Assembly (NCBI GenBank): GCA_965116475.1
Contig: OZ220691.1
Span: forward strand, 704,001-768,000
DNA from: Gemmatimonadota bacterium
GTDB lineage: Bacteria > Gemmatimonadota > Gemmatimonadetes > Palauibacterales > Palauibacteraceae
Direction of reading: 5' to 3'
Length of the DNA: 64,000 bases
This document shows, in pieces, positions 18,187 to 27,558 of this stretch (position 1 is its first letter; each line of letters begins with the position of its first letter). A program made the position numbers and the translations under genes. Under the pieces are notes generated by a model, which was not told the origin of the DNA, did not search any database, and saw only the letters and a list, made by a program, of their open reading frames with translations.

Positions 18187-19469
18187 TTCGGATTGTGCCC
18201 CGTTTCACCGGGAGACCGCGGGCCGGCTGCGCCTGCGCCGCGGCGAGAGGGATCGCGGCGGCGCGGTCCGCTTGCTTCGGATAAATCTCTTCGAACAATC
18301 CATCCGGCGGCTTCGGCGTCGGGAGGCCCCGTAAACTCGAGCACCTCTCCGCTCGTGGTAAGCGGAACGGCAACCGGCCAGACGGTAGTCCCGATACCAG
18401 CCTCGACCAGCAGCCGGTGAAGAAGGACCGGTGAGCGGATTTCCCACTTGCGGACGAACCAGCGATCCGCCGCAAGCTGTTCGAAATCAAACCGGCCGCC
18501 GAATTGGGACTCCTTGATCTCGGTTCGGCGAAAACTGATGCGGCGATACCGGGATGACAGTTCCGCCCGCAACGACGGCTCCAAGTGCCGTCGCAGAAAC
18601 GGACGCAAGGAAGTGTACTGGAACTCCAGTTCCTCCGGTCCTCCATCGACTCTGTTGATCCACAGCACGCCCTCGACATCAACAACTCGCCGATTCGGCT
18701 TCGGTTCGAACCCCAGTCCGAGCCTCCGTTCATTCTCGCTCGCGACCGGCCGCAGGCAATGCGTCGCCAAGAAGCCGGGTGACGCCAGCGCGCTTTCGTC
18801 CGGGGCGTAGAACGTCGTCAGAGAATCGCCGATCACTTCCGCGTATCCGTACACCTCAAGGTGATTCGGTGAAGCGTTGTCGAAGTACCGCTCCACGACG
18901 ACAGTTGCCGTGTCCTGGGCGTAGTGGCGTCCGCCGCGCTTCCACACGACGGTTGGCCGTATGGTCCGCATCCGCAGTGACCCAAGATCCGTGGAGGCAA
19001 TCGAGGTGAGGATCGGGAGGATCGACTCGTAGAGCGCGAAGGCCTGGGTCCGTTCTTGACGGGTCGTTGGACAGTCGTTTTGCGCCGACGCCGACAACTC
19101 CGGAAGCGGAATCGGTTTGATCGGGACACGTAGGAGTATCGTTCGTGACTCCGATATCGACGCGATATGGAGGGTATCCGATGCCCAGGACTGATAGCCG
19201 ATGCGCGTTACCCGGACGCGATAAACGCCCGGTGGGGGAACCGGCAGGCTGAACGCCCCCCGTCCGTTCGAGAGCGTCTCGCCTGAGACAGCATCCTCCG
19301 AGTTGATCAATGCGACCACTGCGCCTTCAACTGGCAGGCCCTCGCCCTCCGCGACGAGAAACCCACTCAGGCGCGTACCTGCATCCTGAGCTGCGAGGAA
19401 AGACGCAGCCAGCATGAACCCGGCGCTCGTCGCCAGAACTGCACTCCCGAAGGCGCTTCGACGCCTCAT
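18183..19469 (-). CDS. Secreted carboxypeptidase-regulatory-like domain protein; C-terminus replaced by out-of-frame foreign sequence
   Basis: Signal LAAQ, GRGAFSL..P.PGVYRVRVTRIGY, downstream FLATHC / GLGFEP / VEGVLWI region; ATGA overlap with the upstream gene. Confidence 0.7.
   Translation of the reverse strand: MRRRSAFGSAVLATSAGFMLAASFLAAQDAGTRLSGFLVAEGEGLPVEGAVVALINSEDAVSGETLSNGRGAFSLPVPPPGVYRVRVTRIGYQSWASDTLHIASISESRTILLRVPIKPIPLPELSASAQNDCPTTRQERTQAFALYESILPILTSIASTDLGSLRMRTIRPTVVWKRGGRHYAQDTATVVVERYFDNASPNHLEVYGYAEVIGDSLTTFYAPDESALASPGFLATHCLRPVASENERRLGLGFEPKPNRRVVDVEGVLWINRVDGGPEELEFQYTSLRPFLRRHLEPSLRAELSSRYRRISFRRTEIKESQFGGRFDFEQLAADRWFVRKWEIRSPVLLHRLLVEAGIGTTVWPVAVPLTTSGEVLEFTGPPDAEAAGWIVRRDLSEASGPRRRDPSRRGAGAAGPRSPGETGHNPK
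18222..18324 (-). pseudogene. Fragment of a second anti-sigma gene copy
   Basis: Reads PTPKPPDGLFEEIYPKQADRAAAIPL; near-identical DNA at about 27283-27385. Confidence 0.8.
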
Positions 19470-20704
19470 TCGCCCGACCGTTGGACGCGGAACATGCGAA
19501 TCGTCGGCAACCCGAAGGCGTCCCGCGACTCCGCCCACACCAGGTCGCCCCGAACGGCCAGCAGCCGAGCATCGTCGGGGAGGGACACATATGACACATC
19601 CCTTTCCCCCGCGACGACCAGCCAGTCGTTGGTGCGTCCAGACGTATCTGAGACATCGAACCACATCGCGACTCCGGAGTCGATCAGCACACCCCCCTCT
19701 CCGATTCCACGTCCGCGGTTCCGCACCGGCGGATAGTAGTCGGGTTCGTCAAGGGCATCAAGAACCGCGCTGATGCCCGCCGCGCGGCTCGGGAACACCC
19801 CCAACCCTACCATACGCTCCACCGCCCCGAGGTCCGCCGCCCATTTTCGTATCTCCGGTGTCTCAAGAGGGCGTGGCACATACGGGATGCTTATGGAGTC
19901 CGTACTCCGTTGGAGGACGCTGTGGCGTTCCACTACGAAAGAAGCCCGGGACCTGCTCGGCTTCGGCCGTCGAACGACTGCAACTGTTCGGCCGGACGGA
20001 TCGAGCGAAAACATGTCACTGTGCGAGAAAGGGTTGCGAAGTTGCAAGCCGCCGCCACCGGCCGGCACGGCGACCGATAGTGATCGACCAGCAAGATTCA
20101 GCACAGTAACAGTCGTTGCTTCAACATCGGCCTGATGTCCAATCGCATCGTAGGCAAGGACCTCAAGAACCGCCCCCTCCCTTGCCCACCTTAGCGCGAC
20201 GACCCGTCGATCCGCCAGTACCGCGAACGGTTGGAGTCGATTGCCTTCCGCGGTGGCCGCCCCCCATGTCGCCGGACCGATATCCGCGAGGAATGTTCCG
20301 GTAGTAGAATCATACAGATTGATCCGAGGTCGTCCCGCGTCAACGACCCAGAGGGTGTCTTGCCCCAGCAACCCGAGACGCCATGGCGAAAGGAACTCGC
20401 CAGGCCCTTCTCCCCACCGGCCAATCTGTCGACGGAATGTACCATCTGCGTCAAAAGCCAGTATTCCGTCTATCTGTACATCCAGGAGGAATATGGAACC
20501 ATCGGCACCCGGGATCAAGTGTTCAACGTAAGTTAACGGGATGCTGTCCGGGACGGCCAGATTGGACATGTGGACAAGTGTGTCACGCCTATCCTGAGCT
20601 TTGGCCTCCTCCAGTGCGGCGAGGGTCAATACGACAACCGGCAGCACCCCACCGAGAGATCGCAGCTGTCCGGCCCACCAGCCGGGAATCACGGTCTTTT
20701 TCAT
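19466..20704 (-). CDS. Secreted 6-bladed beta-propeller
   Basis: RBS GGAGG, signal AKAQ, IGRWGEGPGEF, C-terminal VWAESRDAFGLPTI. Confidence 0.8.
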   Translation of the reverse strand: MKKTVIPGWWAGQLRSLGGVLPVVVLTLAALEEAKAQDRRDTLVHMSNLAVPDSIPLTYVEHLIPGADGSIFLLDVQIDGILAFDADGTFRRQIGRWGEGPGEFLSPWRLGLLGQDTLWVVDAGRPRINLYDSTTGTFLADIGPATWGAATAEGNRLQPFAVLADRRVVALRWAREGAVLEVLAYDAIGHQADVEATTVTVLNLAGRSLSVAVPAGGGGLQLRNPFSHSDMFSLDPSGRTVAVVRRPKPSRSRASFVVERHSVLQRSTDSISIPYVPRPLETPEIRKWAADLGAVERMVGLGVFPSRAAGISAVLDALDEPDYYPPVRNRGRGIGEGGVLIDSGVAMWFDVSDTSGRTNDWLVVAGERDVSYVSLPDDARLLAVRGDLVWAESRDAFGLPTIRMFRVQRSGE

Positions 20705-20944
20705 CGTTACCTCCGCCTCGACCCCCGCGCGTTAGCAACCGGAGACCCTCGCCGGGCCTTCCAGGCCTCCGGTCGCCGACGCCTACTGGTCAAGCTAGAT
20801 CGTGTTCGACTCGGTTCTTCGTCGCATGTCGGTACTCTCTTCCGAAGCGTACGATCTCGCTACGATGCGACCTTGGCAATCCCGAACGTACTTTGCGTCC
20901 GGGCCTTGCGCGGCGAACAGGTTAGTCACGCGCGCGCCGGAGAC

Positions 20945-21095
20945 GAGCGCCACCTGCGCCTTCAGCTTGGGCGTGTACCGCCGCCGTGCCATGTCGACCT
21001 CCTTCCGGCCTGCCAGGTTCCACCCTGTGCAGCACCGTGCCCGGAGGTCAAACGTCACAAAGGGGAGGTGTCCAGGATATGGGGGTCATATCCCC
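20945..21095 (-). mobile_element. IS3-family-like left-end remnant
   Basis: GATATGACCCCCATATCCTGGACAC resembles IS3-family IRL ends; RBS AAGGAGG then MARRRYTPKLKAQVAL, a typical OrfA start, truncated. Confidence 0.55.
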
Positions 21096-21122
21096 ACCTC
21101 ACGGTCCATATCGTTTCTCCCG

Positions 21123-22050
21123 TTACGCCAAGGTACCATCGTTGATTGAGCAGCTCCGTCTCGGAACTGGAGTTTCGCCACCCGCCAAGGCGGAAAATCT
21201 ATCGATGCGGGCGATCGTGTGGTATCCTGCGAGCGCATTCGAACTCCCTGTACTGTACTGGCCGGGCACCAGAGCGCCCTGCTCGAACACGGGCACCGGC
21301 TTGAACGTCCCGGGAGGCGCGCCGAGTTCGCCGACCGAATCGCCCTCGGCGTTGAGGATGGCCATGGGGTATCGGAGAGAAGACGCCAGGTAGATCGAGT
21401 CGCCCGCCACCGCGAACGGGAAGCCGATAATCGACATCCAGTAAGGTCTTTCGACGGGCACGAACGGCAGGGAGTGAGCGCTCCAGACAACGCTCTGTCG
21501 CTTCACGCGATGCAGCAACAGGGGCTGCCGGAAGAAGCGTGATGCGTCTTCGGTCCACTCGGTGAGCAGGTTCATTCGCACGAGCAGATCGTCGCCCAGC
21601 GATTCGACCCGCCGCGGAACGCCGGGAAGCGACACCAGAGTATCCGGCCGCAGGTCGCTCGTGAGGTAGGTCAGTCCGGCTTGACCACCGTCTGCCACGA
21701 CGACGCGTCCTGCGGGCGTTTCGGTGACGCTTCCGATCCGCTGAAACTCGAACGGGCCCCGCCCGAATCGCCCGAACGCCGCTTCAAGTCGACCGTCCTC
21801 GTCATAGCTTCGGATTCTGGGGAGATGACCGTCACTCAGCAGGAAACCGCCACGGCGTCGCTCCTGCCAGATTCCCGGAATGGAAATGGAGTCCCGCGGA
21901 TCCTCACCCAGCGTGATGACGGCTTCGGTCGCGAATACCTCCTCCAGCGTCGCCCGAACCGCGGGTCGACTAGAGGTGGCATCGGACGTACACGCAACAC
22001 CCCGCAAGGCAGGTGAGGACAGCAAGAACCCGTAACGTTCGCCTGATTAC
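21123..22050 (-). pseudogene. Damaged paralogue of propeller 9085..10197
   Basis: Aligns by eye to 9085..10197 up to about TIARI, then loses the C-terminus; apparent +1 G at 22000-22003 breaks the signal/lipobox. Confidence 0.75.
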
Positions 22051-22052
22051 GT

Positions 22053-22365
22053 TCAGCAACTTCGGCGGGACACGTCGGCCTCGAGCCGCAGCGTCATCAC
22101 GTAGTCGATGCCCAGGGGATCGGACGCCACGGCGTGGATGACGCCGGAGGGGCCGACCTCCGTTACCGCCACGGGGTAGGGTACGGAGGCCGAAAGGTCG
22201 AACAGGCGCACGTCCTTCCAGCCGGGGTCGAGTACGTAGATTCGACCGGCTGAATCCACCGCGAGATCGTGGATGTCACCGAACACATCGGGTCCCGACC
22301 CCTCGGCACGCCCGAGGCGTGACTCCTCGACGAGTTGAAACTCGCCGGCCTGGGCGGCAAGCGAA
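22053..22365 (-). pseudogene. Deletion derivative of propeller 12572..13621
   Basis: Near-identical DNA with a 690-nt net internal deletion and an 83-nt deletion removing RBS, start and signal peptide. Confidence 0.9.
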
Positions 22366-22377
22366 CGGCACGATAAG

Positions 22378-22408
22378 GTATGGACTCTGCCGACGCTCGG
22401 AAGGTCAC
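22378..22408 (-). promoter_or_regulatory. Putative ECF-sigma promoter copy 4
   Basis: GTGACC ttccgagcgtcggcaga GTCCATAC; duplicate of copy 1. Confidence 0.65.
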
Positions 22409-22457
22409 GAGGTTGGCGTGCGGCCAAGGCCGGACCTCTCTCGGCAGCGACGTCAGG

Positions 22458-23075
22458 CTACTTGGTCCAGACGACAACCACGCCGCATTGCGAATCGGAC
22501 CCGCCGAACTCGGCCGGTAGGGATGCCGCCCCCTTGTAGACCTGTAGCTCGTGCCGCCCCGCCGGCACGCCGGTCAGCCGGAAAAAGCCCTGCCTGTCGC
22601 TTCCGGCCTCCGTCGGCCGGCCGACGACGCTTACAGCCGCCGTCGGCACGGGACGACCGGTCTCCGTGTCGACCACGCGTCCGATCAGACGTCCCGACCG
22701 CACCGAACTCAGGATGCGCAGGCGGACCTCTCGCTCCTCCCCGGCTACGATGCCCTCCGGCGCCGCCTGTCCGCTCGAATGATCCCCGAATTCCGCCCAC
22801 ACGACCGCCTCACTCGCGTCGCGCGGAACGCAAACCCGAAGACGGCCATCTGCATCCGTCGCCTCCCGCACCGGCATGCGTTCCGCATCGGTCCAGCGAA
22901 GAACCACCGTGGCCCCAGGCAACGCGATGCTCCCGTACTCGTCCAGCACGGTGACGAGAAGCGAGGCCCTGTCACCGCAGTCTCCCTCCTGTCCGGCCGC
23001 CGCTTCGAAGCTCACTCCGATCAGCGTGATGAGGGTGACCACCCGCGCCACCCAGTACTGTTTCAGGTCAGGCAT
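22458..23075 (-). CDS. Plug-only protein with in-frame internal deletion (possibly a pseudogene)
   Basis: Near-identical to 13750..14650 but GRHELQV is joined to YKGAASLPAEF (393 nt missing); has its own different signal peptide. Confidence 0.8.
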   Translation of the reverse strand: MPDLKQYWVARVVTLITLIGVSFEAAAGQEGDCGDRASLLVTVLDEYGSIALPGATVVLRWTDAERMPVREATDADGRLRVCVPRDASEAVVWAEFGDHSSGQAAPEGIVAGEEREVRLRILSSVRSGRLIGRVVDTETGRPVPTAAVSVVGRPTEAGSDRQGFFRLTGVPAGRHELQVYKGAASLPAEFGGSDSQCGVVVVWTK

Positions 23076-23189
23076 GTGCATCCTCGGTAGGCGGCATCGT
23101 CGAACGTTGCTCGTGCCGGCTCAAGGTCCCATATCGTTTCTCCCGTTACCGCCGAGCGGCTCCGTCTCGATGGGATGCGACGTGTCAAC

Positions 23190-23220
23190 GTATGGACGCG
23201 GCAAACGACCGGCAGGTCAC
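23190..23220 (-). promoter_or_regulatory. Putative ECF-sigma promoter copy 5
   Basis: GTGACC tgccggtcgtttgccgc GTCCATAC. Confidence 0.7.
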
Positions 23221-23290
23221 GAAAGTCAGCAAGGCGTGATGGCGTCCGGGTCGGGAGATCGCGGCGCACCCATTAGGGCGGAGGTCTTCG

Positions 23291-24589
23291 TCAACTCGGC
23301 AGCCCTCGACATTCGCGACCGGGTGCAGCGGCACCGTCGTTTCGTTCGAAGACGCTCACATAGGATTCGCCAAACGTTCCTACCGACGTGGTGAGAACGG
23401 ACGAGCGGGTTGCGTGCAGGAAGCGATGACCCTCCGGAAGCTCCATCACGCGCGACGTTCCCTCCTGCGGCCGGACTGCGACCCACGACCTCGACCCCTC
23501 CTCGTCCCCGGCTTCCAGTTGCAACCACAGCTCGCCGGGAACCCCGCTCCTGATGCTCCGTACCGGAAGCAGGACATCCCGCGCGGGTACAGCCAGTGCT
23601 CTTTCCCGCAGTGTTTCAGACACCTGCGACAACAGTGGTGTGGTCGACTGCAGATAGTCGTACCGCTCGCTCCTCCTCCGTCGCTCCTTCTCTTCGATCC
23701 CGGCTGGCACCGGTGCGCCCTCCAGACCCAGGTGGATCCGCGTCGCTACCGTCCCATCTCCTCGCATACCGACTACAGATGCCTCAGCTGTGTCGACGAG
23801 ATACAGAAGGTCGTCGTTCACCGTACCCAAGGTCGTCGCGCCGAACAGAACGCGCCCCGGTTGGATGCGGTCGCCGAGGTCCACGGAGTACATCTCGGCA
23901 CCGGGCACGTGGGCAAGAAGCGACCAGTCACCTTGCGGGCTTCGGCGCAGGTACCGAATCGGCCTTCGCCAGATACCTCGGCGCTGGCGGTCCGAGAGCC
24001 GTCCCATTTGGGTCTGCGAAGCAACCACCGACCCGTCCTCCAGGAGCCCCAGGCCCAGCGGGGGTGGCGGATCGAGAGAGTGAAGCGTCCTGCTTTCCAG
24101 AAGCTCACCGCCCGGCGACAGCTCGGACATGCGCTGCAGCAGCACGTCCCACACCCAGATCGTCCCGTCGCCGCGCAAACCCATATGGGTTGCCTGTCGA
24201 AACTCACCGGGCCCTTCGCCATCTCTTCCGACGACTCTGATCTGTCGCCCATCCGGTCCGTAGATCAATAGTTCGGTCCACCCGGACAGCACAGCGAACC
24301 GCCCGGATTCCAGGAGCAGCCCGGCCTGAACGCTTCGCATGGGCTCACCGGTATCGTCATCGAGCCCGCCGACCGTGAGGACATGTGTCACGCCGATCCT
24401 CGGAAGGTTGCTCGCCGGTCGCGGGTCGTTGTACGTCCAGACGCCCTCGGCGTCCACCGAGCACTCACCGGACAGATCCGAGTATTGGTCCGACGCAGGC
24501 GCATCGCTGGAACACGCAGCAGCACCAATCGCCGCACACAGGGTTGGGACCAAAACGGAGGACGAGAAACTCTTCTTGCGCCGTGCCAT
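23291..24589 (-). CDS. 6-bladed beta-propeller lipoprotein
   Basis: Lipobox AAAC, VGRDGEGPGEF, C-terminal GTFGESYVSVF. Confidence 0.8.
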   Translation of the reverse strand: MARRKKSFSSSVLVPTLCAAIGAAACSSDAPASDQYSDLSGECSVDAEGVWTYNDPRPASNLPRIGVTHVLTVGGLDDDTGEPMRSVQAGLLLESGRFAVLSGWTELLIYGPDGRQIRVVGRDGEGPGEFRQATHMGLRGDGTIWVWDVLLQRMSELSPGGELLESRTLHSLDPPPPLGLGLLEDGSVVASQTQMGRLSDRQRRGIWRRPIRYLRRSPQGDWSLLAHVPGAEMYSVDLGDRIQPGRVLFGATTLGTVNDDLLYLVDTAEASVVGMRGDGTVATRIHLGLEGAPVPAGIEEKERRRRSERYDYLQSTTPLLSQVSETLRERALAVPARDVLLPVRSIRSGVPGELWLQLEAGDEEGSRSWVAVRPQEGTSRVMELPEGHRFLHATRSSVLTTSVGTFGESYVSVFERNDGAAAPGRECRGLPS

Positions 24590-24596
24590 GAGCTGA

Positions 24597-25154
24597 TCAC
24601 CAGGGGTGAGAGGCTGGATCGTTGCGTCGGTGAGCATAGCCTGAACCGATGCGACCCTCCGTGATCCATCCGCCGGCGAACCACGTTCCGTCCGAAGCGC
24701 GCACGAGCGCTCCGGCGATCGGACCGTTCAGCGGGACGGTTTCGGGGTTCACTTCCGCCCCGGCTTCGATCTCCGGCAGGGACAACCGCGTGAGGCGCTG
24801 ATGGATGCCATCGAGGATCCAGACCTCGTCGGGCGATTCCGCAGCCCCGATGACGACCTGCTCCGGATCCTTGAACTCGCCCGGGCCGTCGCCCTGGCGG
24901 CCGTAGGAACCGAGGCGCCCCGGCGTCTCGAGATCGACGACGTGAACCGACGGCTCCAGCAGCGCGTCCAGCGCCACCACGCGGTCCCCAGCCAACGCGA
25001 TCTCAACGATCCAGCCGAGCGAGTCGTCCGCGAAGACGGCGTCCGGCGTCAACTCGGCCGGGCTGCCGGCATCGACCGTGGCCGGTTCCGCCTGACGACA
25101 GGCGCCGACCGCCAGAACCGCGACGGCCGACAGCCCGATCGCTGACCGCCTCAT
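24597..25154 (-). pseudogene. C-terminally truncated TolB-like 6-bladed propeller lipoprotein
   Basis: Lipobox VGAC, YGRQGDGPGEF; only 185 aa against about 350-430 aa for intact relatives, and sequence style changes near 24650. Confidence 0.65.
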
Positions 25155-25164
25155 CGCGACTCCA

Positions 25165-25371
25165 CTAGGGCTCAACACAGCGCGGCAGCCGGTTTCGCTC
25201 CTGCATGTCCGGGCAGATGCAGTCCACCTTGGATATGCTGCCGCACCCCTCTTCCGTACACGACGCGGCGGAGAGCCTGAGACCGACGGGGGCATCCGCA
25301 TCTGCGGTGACCGGAACAGCCGCCACGATTACCGCGAACGCTGCCGTGGCCAAGAAACGCTTGAAGCTCAT
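25165..25371 (-). CDS. Small secreted Cys-rich peptide (68 aa, 5 Cys)
   Basis: RBS GGAGG, signal MSFKRFLATAAFAVIVAAVP, C-x4-C-x7-C-x-C-x11-C. Confidence 0.75.
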   Translation of the reverse strand: MSFKRFLATAAFAVIVAAVPVTADADAPVGLRLSAASCTEEGCGSISKVDCICPDMQERNRLPRCVEP

Positions 25372-27547
25372 CGTGTCCCTCCAGGTTCGAGTGTTGCCGG
25401 CTATCTGACCGGCGCCGGGAATCCCCCAGCAGAAGTGCAATACGTAGCGCGGGTGCGAGAGCCTCCCCGCGATATCGCAGAGTGCCGCCGCCGTCCACGA
25501 CGAAGAACTGCACCTCCCGCCAGGCGCGCAGGGCTTCCCAGACTTCGGAATGCCTGTCATACAGGAACGGGGGCATCTCCGGAGTGCCGTTCTCGGCGGC
25601 GGTCCGATCCTCGCTCCCGGAATCGGGATTGACGGTGACCAGCAACGCTCGCGCACCCGCGGCCGCCAGTTTCGATTCATTAGCCCTGAGTAGATCCAGA
25701 CTCTCCTCGGGGACGTAGCCCGGTCGAAGGGTCTGGATGATCAGCGTCACGTCGCCGCCGGTCACCTCGTGCAACGTCCTCTCTTCTCCAGAGGCAGTCT
25801 CGAGCCGGGCGCTTCCGTTGACCCACTCATCGAGCAGTGACGATGCCAGGTGCTCTCGCCATGCCGCGCGGGCTACGGCGCGAAGGGCTTCCGTCGGTGC
25901 GGTCGCCCAGTCTTCTCCCTCGGGCACGTAGGGCGCGAGCGGGATGACGGGGTCCGCCTGCGCGAGCGCCAGCAACTGGGCGGCGCGCGTCGATGACCCG
26001 GCCTCCGCGTGGAACCTCGCCAACTCCACGAACAAACGGGGATCCCAACTGAGTTCGCCGGCGCGCTCGAAGGCATCGAGCGCCCCCGCCCGGTCCCCGC
26101 GGTCCACCCGCAGCCGGCCGAGCAGCACGTGCAGGCGGGCCACACTCTCGGCAACCTCCGCCTCGAAGTTGGCTCGCGTGCCCGTCAGCGGCCGATCCGT
26201 GCCCAGCCAGTCCGGCTGCCCACTCAACTGCCGCAGGATCCACTCCTCGGCGATCGCCCCAAGAGCGGGCACCTCGGCCATGCGTTCCGTCACTTCGACA
26301 TCGAGCCGGGAATCTCGAAACACGGGATTCGCGGCGTACCTCTCAAGCCAGATTCCGGTAAGGGCAGGATCGGCCACCTCTTGGGCGAGCTGCAGCCCGA
26401 CCTGGGCCGCCGAGGGCATCGGCGCGAGCCTCCAGCTCCGGTCCAGCGCGTCCAGCTTTTCCGTGTGCGACGTTGACGACAGAAGGATCGACTCCAGCCG
26501 CACCTGCGACGCGTATTCGTGCCGTGGATGTTCGGCGGCGAGTTCGCTCCGCCAATAGGCCTCGATCTCCTCCCGGCCGAGGAGGCGGGCGTAGAGGCTC
26601 AGGGCGTACATTTCGCCCGGTTCGGAGTCTCCCTGCCGCGCCGTCGCGTCCATCCGCTCAAGACGCCGTAGATGCGCGTTCCGCGGGGTCTCTCCCGGGC
26701 CCCCGGGAGCCGCCCCCTCCTCGTACAGGAGGAGAGATGTCCATAGCTCGGGGCGCTCGGGGTACTCCGACAACCCGCGCTCGATCGTCTCAACGACCCG
26801 CCGGGGGTTCAAGCGCGAGGTGGCCAGCACCTGGTACAGGCGGGCGTCGAGCGTCGCTCGGCCCTCCGCGTCCGTCTCGAGGTACTCCCACGACCGGCCG
26901 AAATCGCTGTCAATGTAGTTTCCGTCCAGATCTTCGACGGCCGCGGCCGCGTACACGGTGCCGGGGGGCAGAGCGACCGTTCCGGAGAACACGCCGGGTT
27001 CCTCCCGGGAGAGTTCGACCACGCGGTATCCGGGTTCAGTCTGGGCGAAGCGGAGCGGGTCGGGCACCCAATAACGCAGCCGCGCCCGGAGGCCGGGCTC
27101 CACCGCCAGCGGCGAGACCGTCTCGTACTGGAGCGTGAGTGCGCCCGGTTCCTCACCGTGGAATCGCAGAGTGCTCGCACCGGCCATGGCCCGCTCGGGT
27201 CCAAGCGTCAACACGAGGACTGCCGCGATCCCTGCCACCACGAGGGCCCCTGCCGAGACGGCCAAGGGTCGGGAGGACGCAACCGGCTGCATCTGCGAAA
27301 CCACCAAAGGGATCGTGGCGGTATTGCCCGCTTTCTTCGGGTAAATCTCTTCGAACAATCCATCCGGTGGCTTCAGCGTGGGAACGGCGCGGAGTGCCGC
27401 ACTCAACTCGCGAATGAGCCGGACCTCGCGCCGGCAGACCGCACACGAACGAACGTGTAGCCGCACGGCAGTGGCCGACGGTTCGGGCAGCACCCGGTCC
27501 GCGTAGCGGTTCAGTGTCTGATCGTCGATCTGTGTGCAGGATTCCAT
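25172..27547 (-). CDS. Anti-sigma factor fusion: zf-HC2 + TM + helical/TPR region + redoxin-like C-terminus
   Basis: HVRSCAVC (HxxxCxxC), TM ALVVAGIAAVLVL, TPR-like LLGRL...GALDAFERA, C-terminal FFVVDGGGTLRYRG; directly downstream of the ECF gene; native stop probably at 25401-25403. Confidence 0.75.
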   Translation of the reverse strand: MESCTQIDDQTLNRYADRVLPEPSATAVRLHVRSCAVCRREVRLIRELSAALRAVPTLKPPDGLFEEIYPKKAGNTATIPLVVSQMQPVASSRPLAVSAGALVVAGIAAVLVLTLGPERAMAGASTLRFHGEEPGALTLQYETVSPLAVEPGLRARLRYWVPDPLRFAQTEPGYRVVELSREEPGVFSGTVALPPGTVYAAAAVEDLDGNYIDSDFGRSWEYLETDAEGRATLDARLYQVLATSRLNPRRVVETIERGLSEYPERPELWTSLLLYEEGAAPGGPGETPRNAHLRRLERMDATARQGDSEPGEMYALSLYARLLGREEIEAYWRSELAAEHPRHEYASQVRLESILLSSTSHTEKLDALDRSWRLAPMPSAAQVGLQLAQEVADPALTGIWLERYAANPVFRDSRLDVEVTERMAEVPALGAIAEEWILRQLSGQPDWLGTDRPLTGTRANFEAEVAESVARLHVLLGRLRVDRGDRAGALDAFERAGELSWDPRLFVELARFHAEAGSSTRAAQLLALAQADPVIPLAPYVPEGEDWATAPTEALRAVARAAWREHLASSLLDEWVNGSARLETASGEERTLHEVTGGDVTLIIQTLRPGYVPEESLDLLRANESKLAAAGARALLVTVNPDSGSEDRTAAENGTPEMPPFLYDRHSEVWEALRAWREVQFFVVDGGGTLRYRGEALAPALRIALLLGDSRRRSDSRQHSNLEGHDELQAFLGHGSVRGNRGGCSGHRRCGCPRRSQALRRVVYGRGVRQHIQGGLHLPGHAGAKPAAALC

Positions 27548-27558
27548 CGTACAGCTCC

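Noticed and set aside
13670-23260. Repeated intergenic element read as a CRISPR repeat or integron attC site
   Set aside because: Copies are kilobases apart with no repeat-spacer periodicity. No RYYYAAC/GTTRRRY palindromic ends were seen, and there is no cas or integrase gene in the window.
5685-25371. Cys-rich peptides as precursors of known RiPP classes (ranthipeptide, lanthipeptide, DUF692/MNIO)
   Set aside because: No radical SAM, Lan, YcaO, DUF692 or peptidase-ABC genes nearby. The peptides have Sec-like signals and redoxin neighbours instead.
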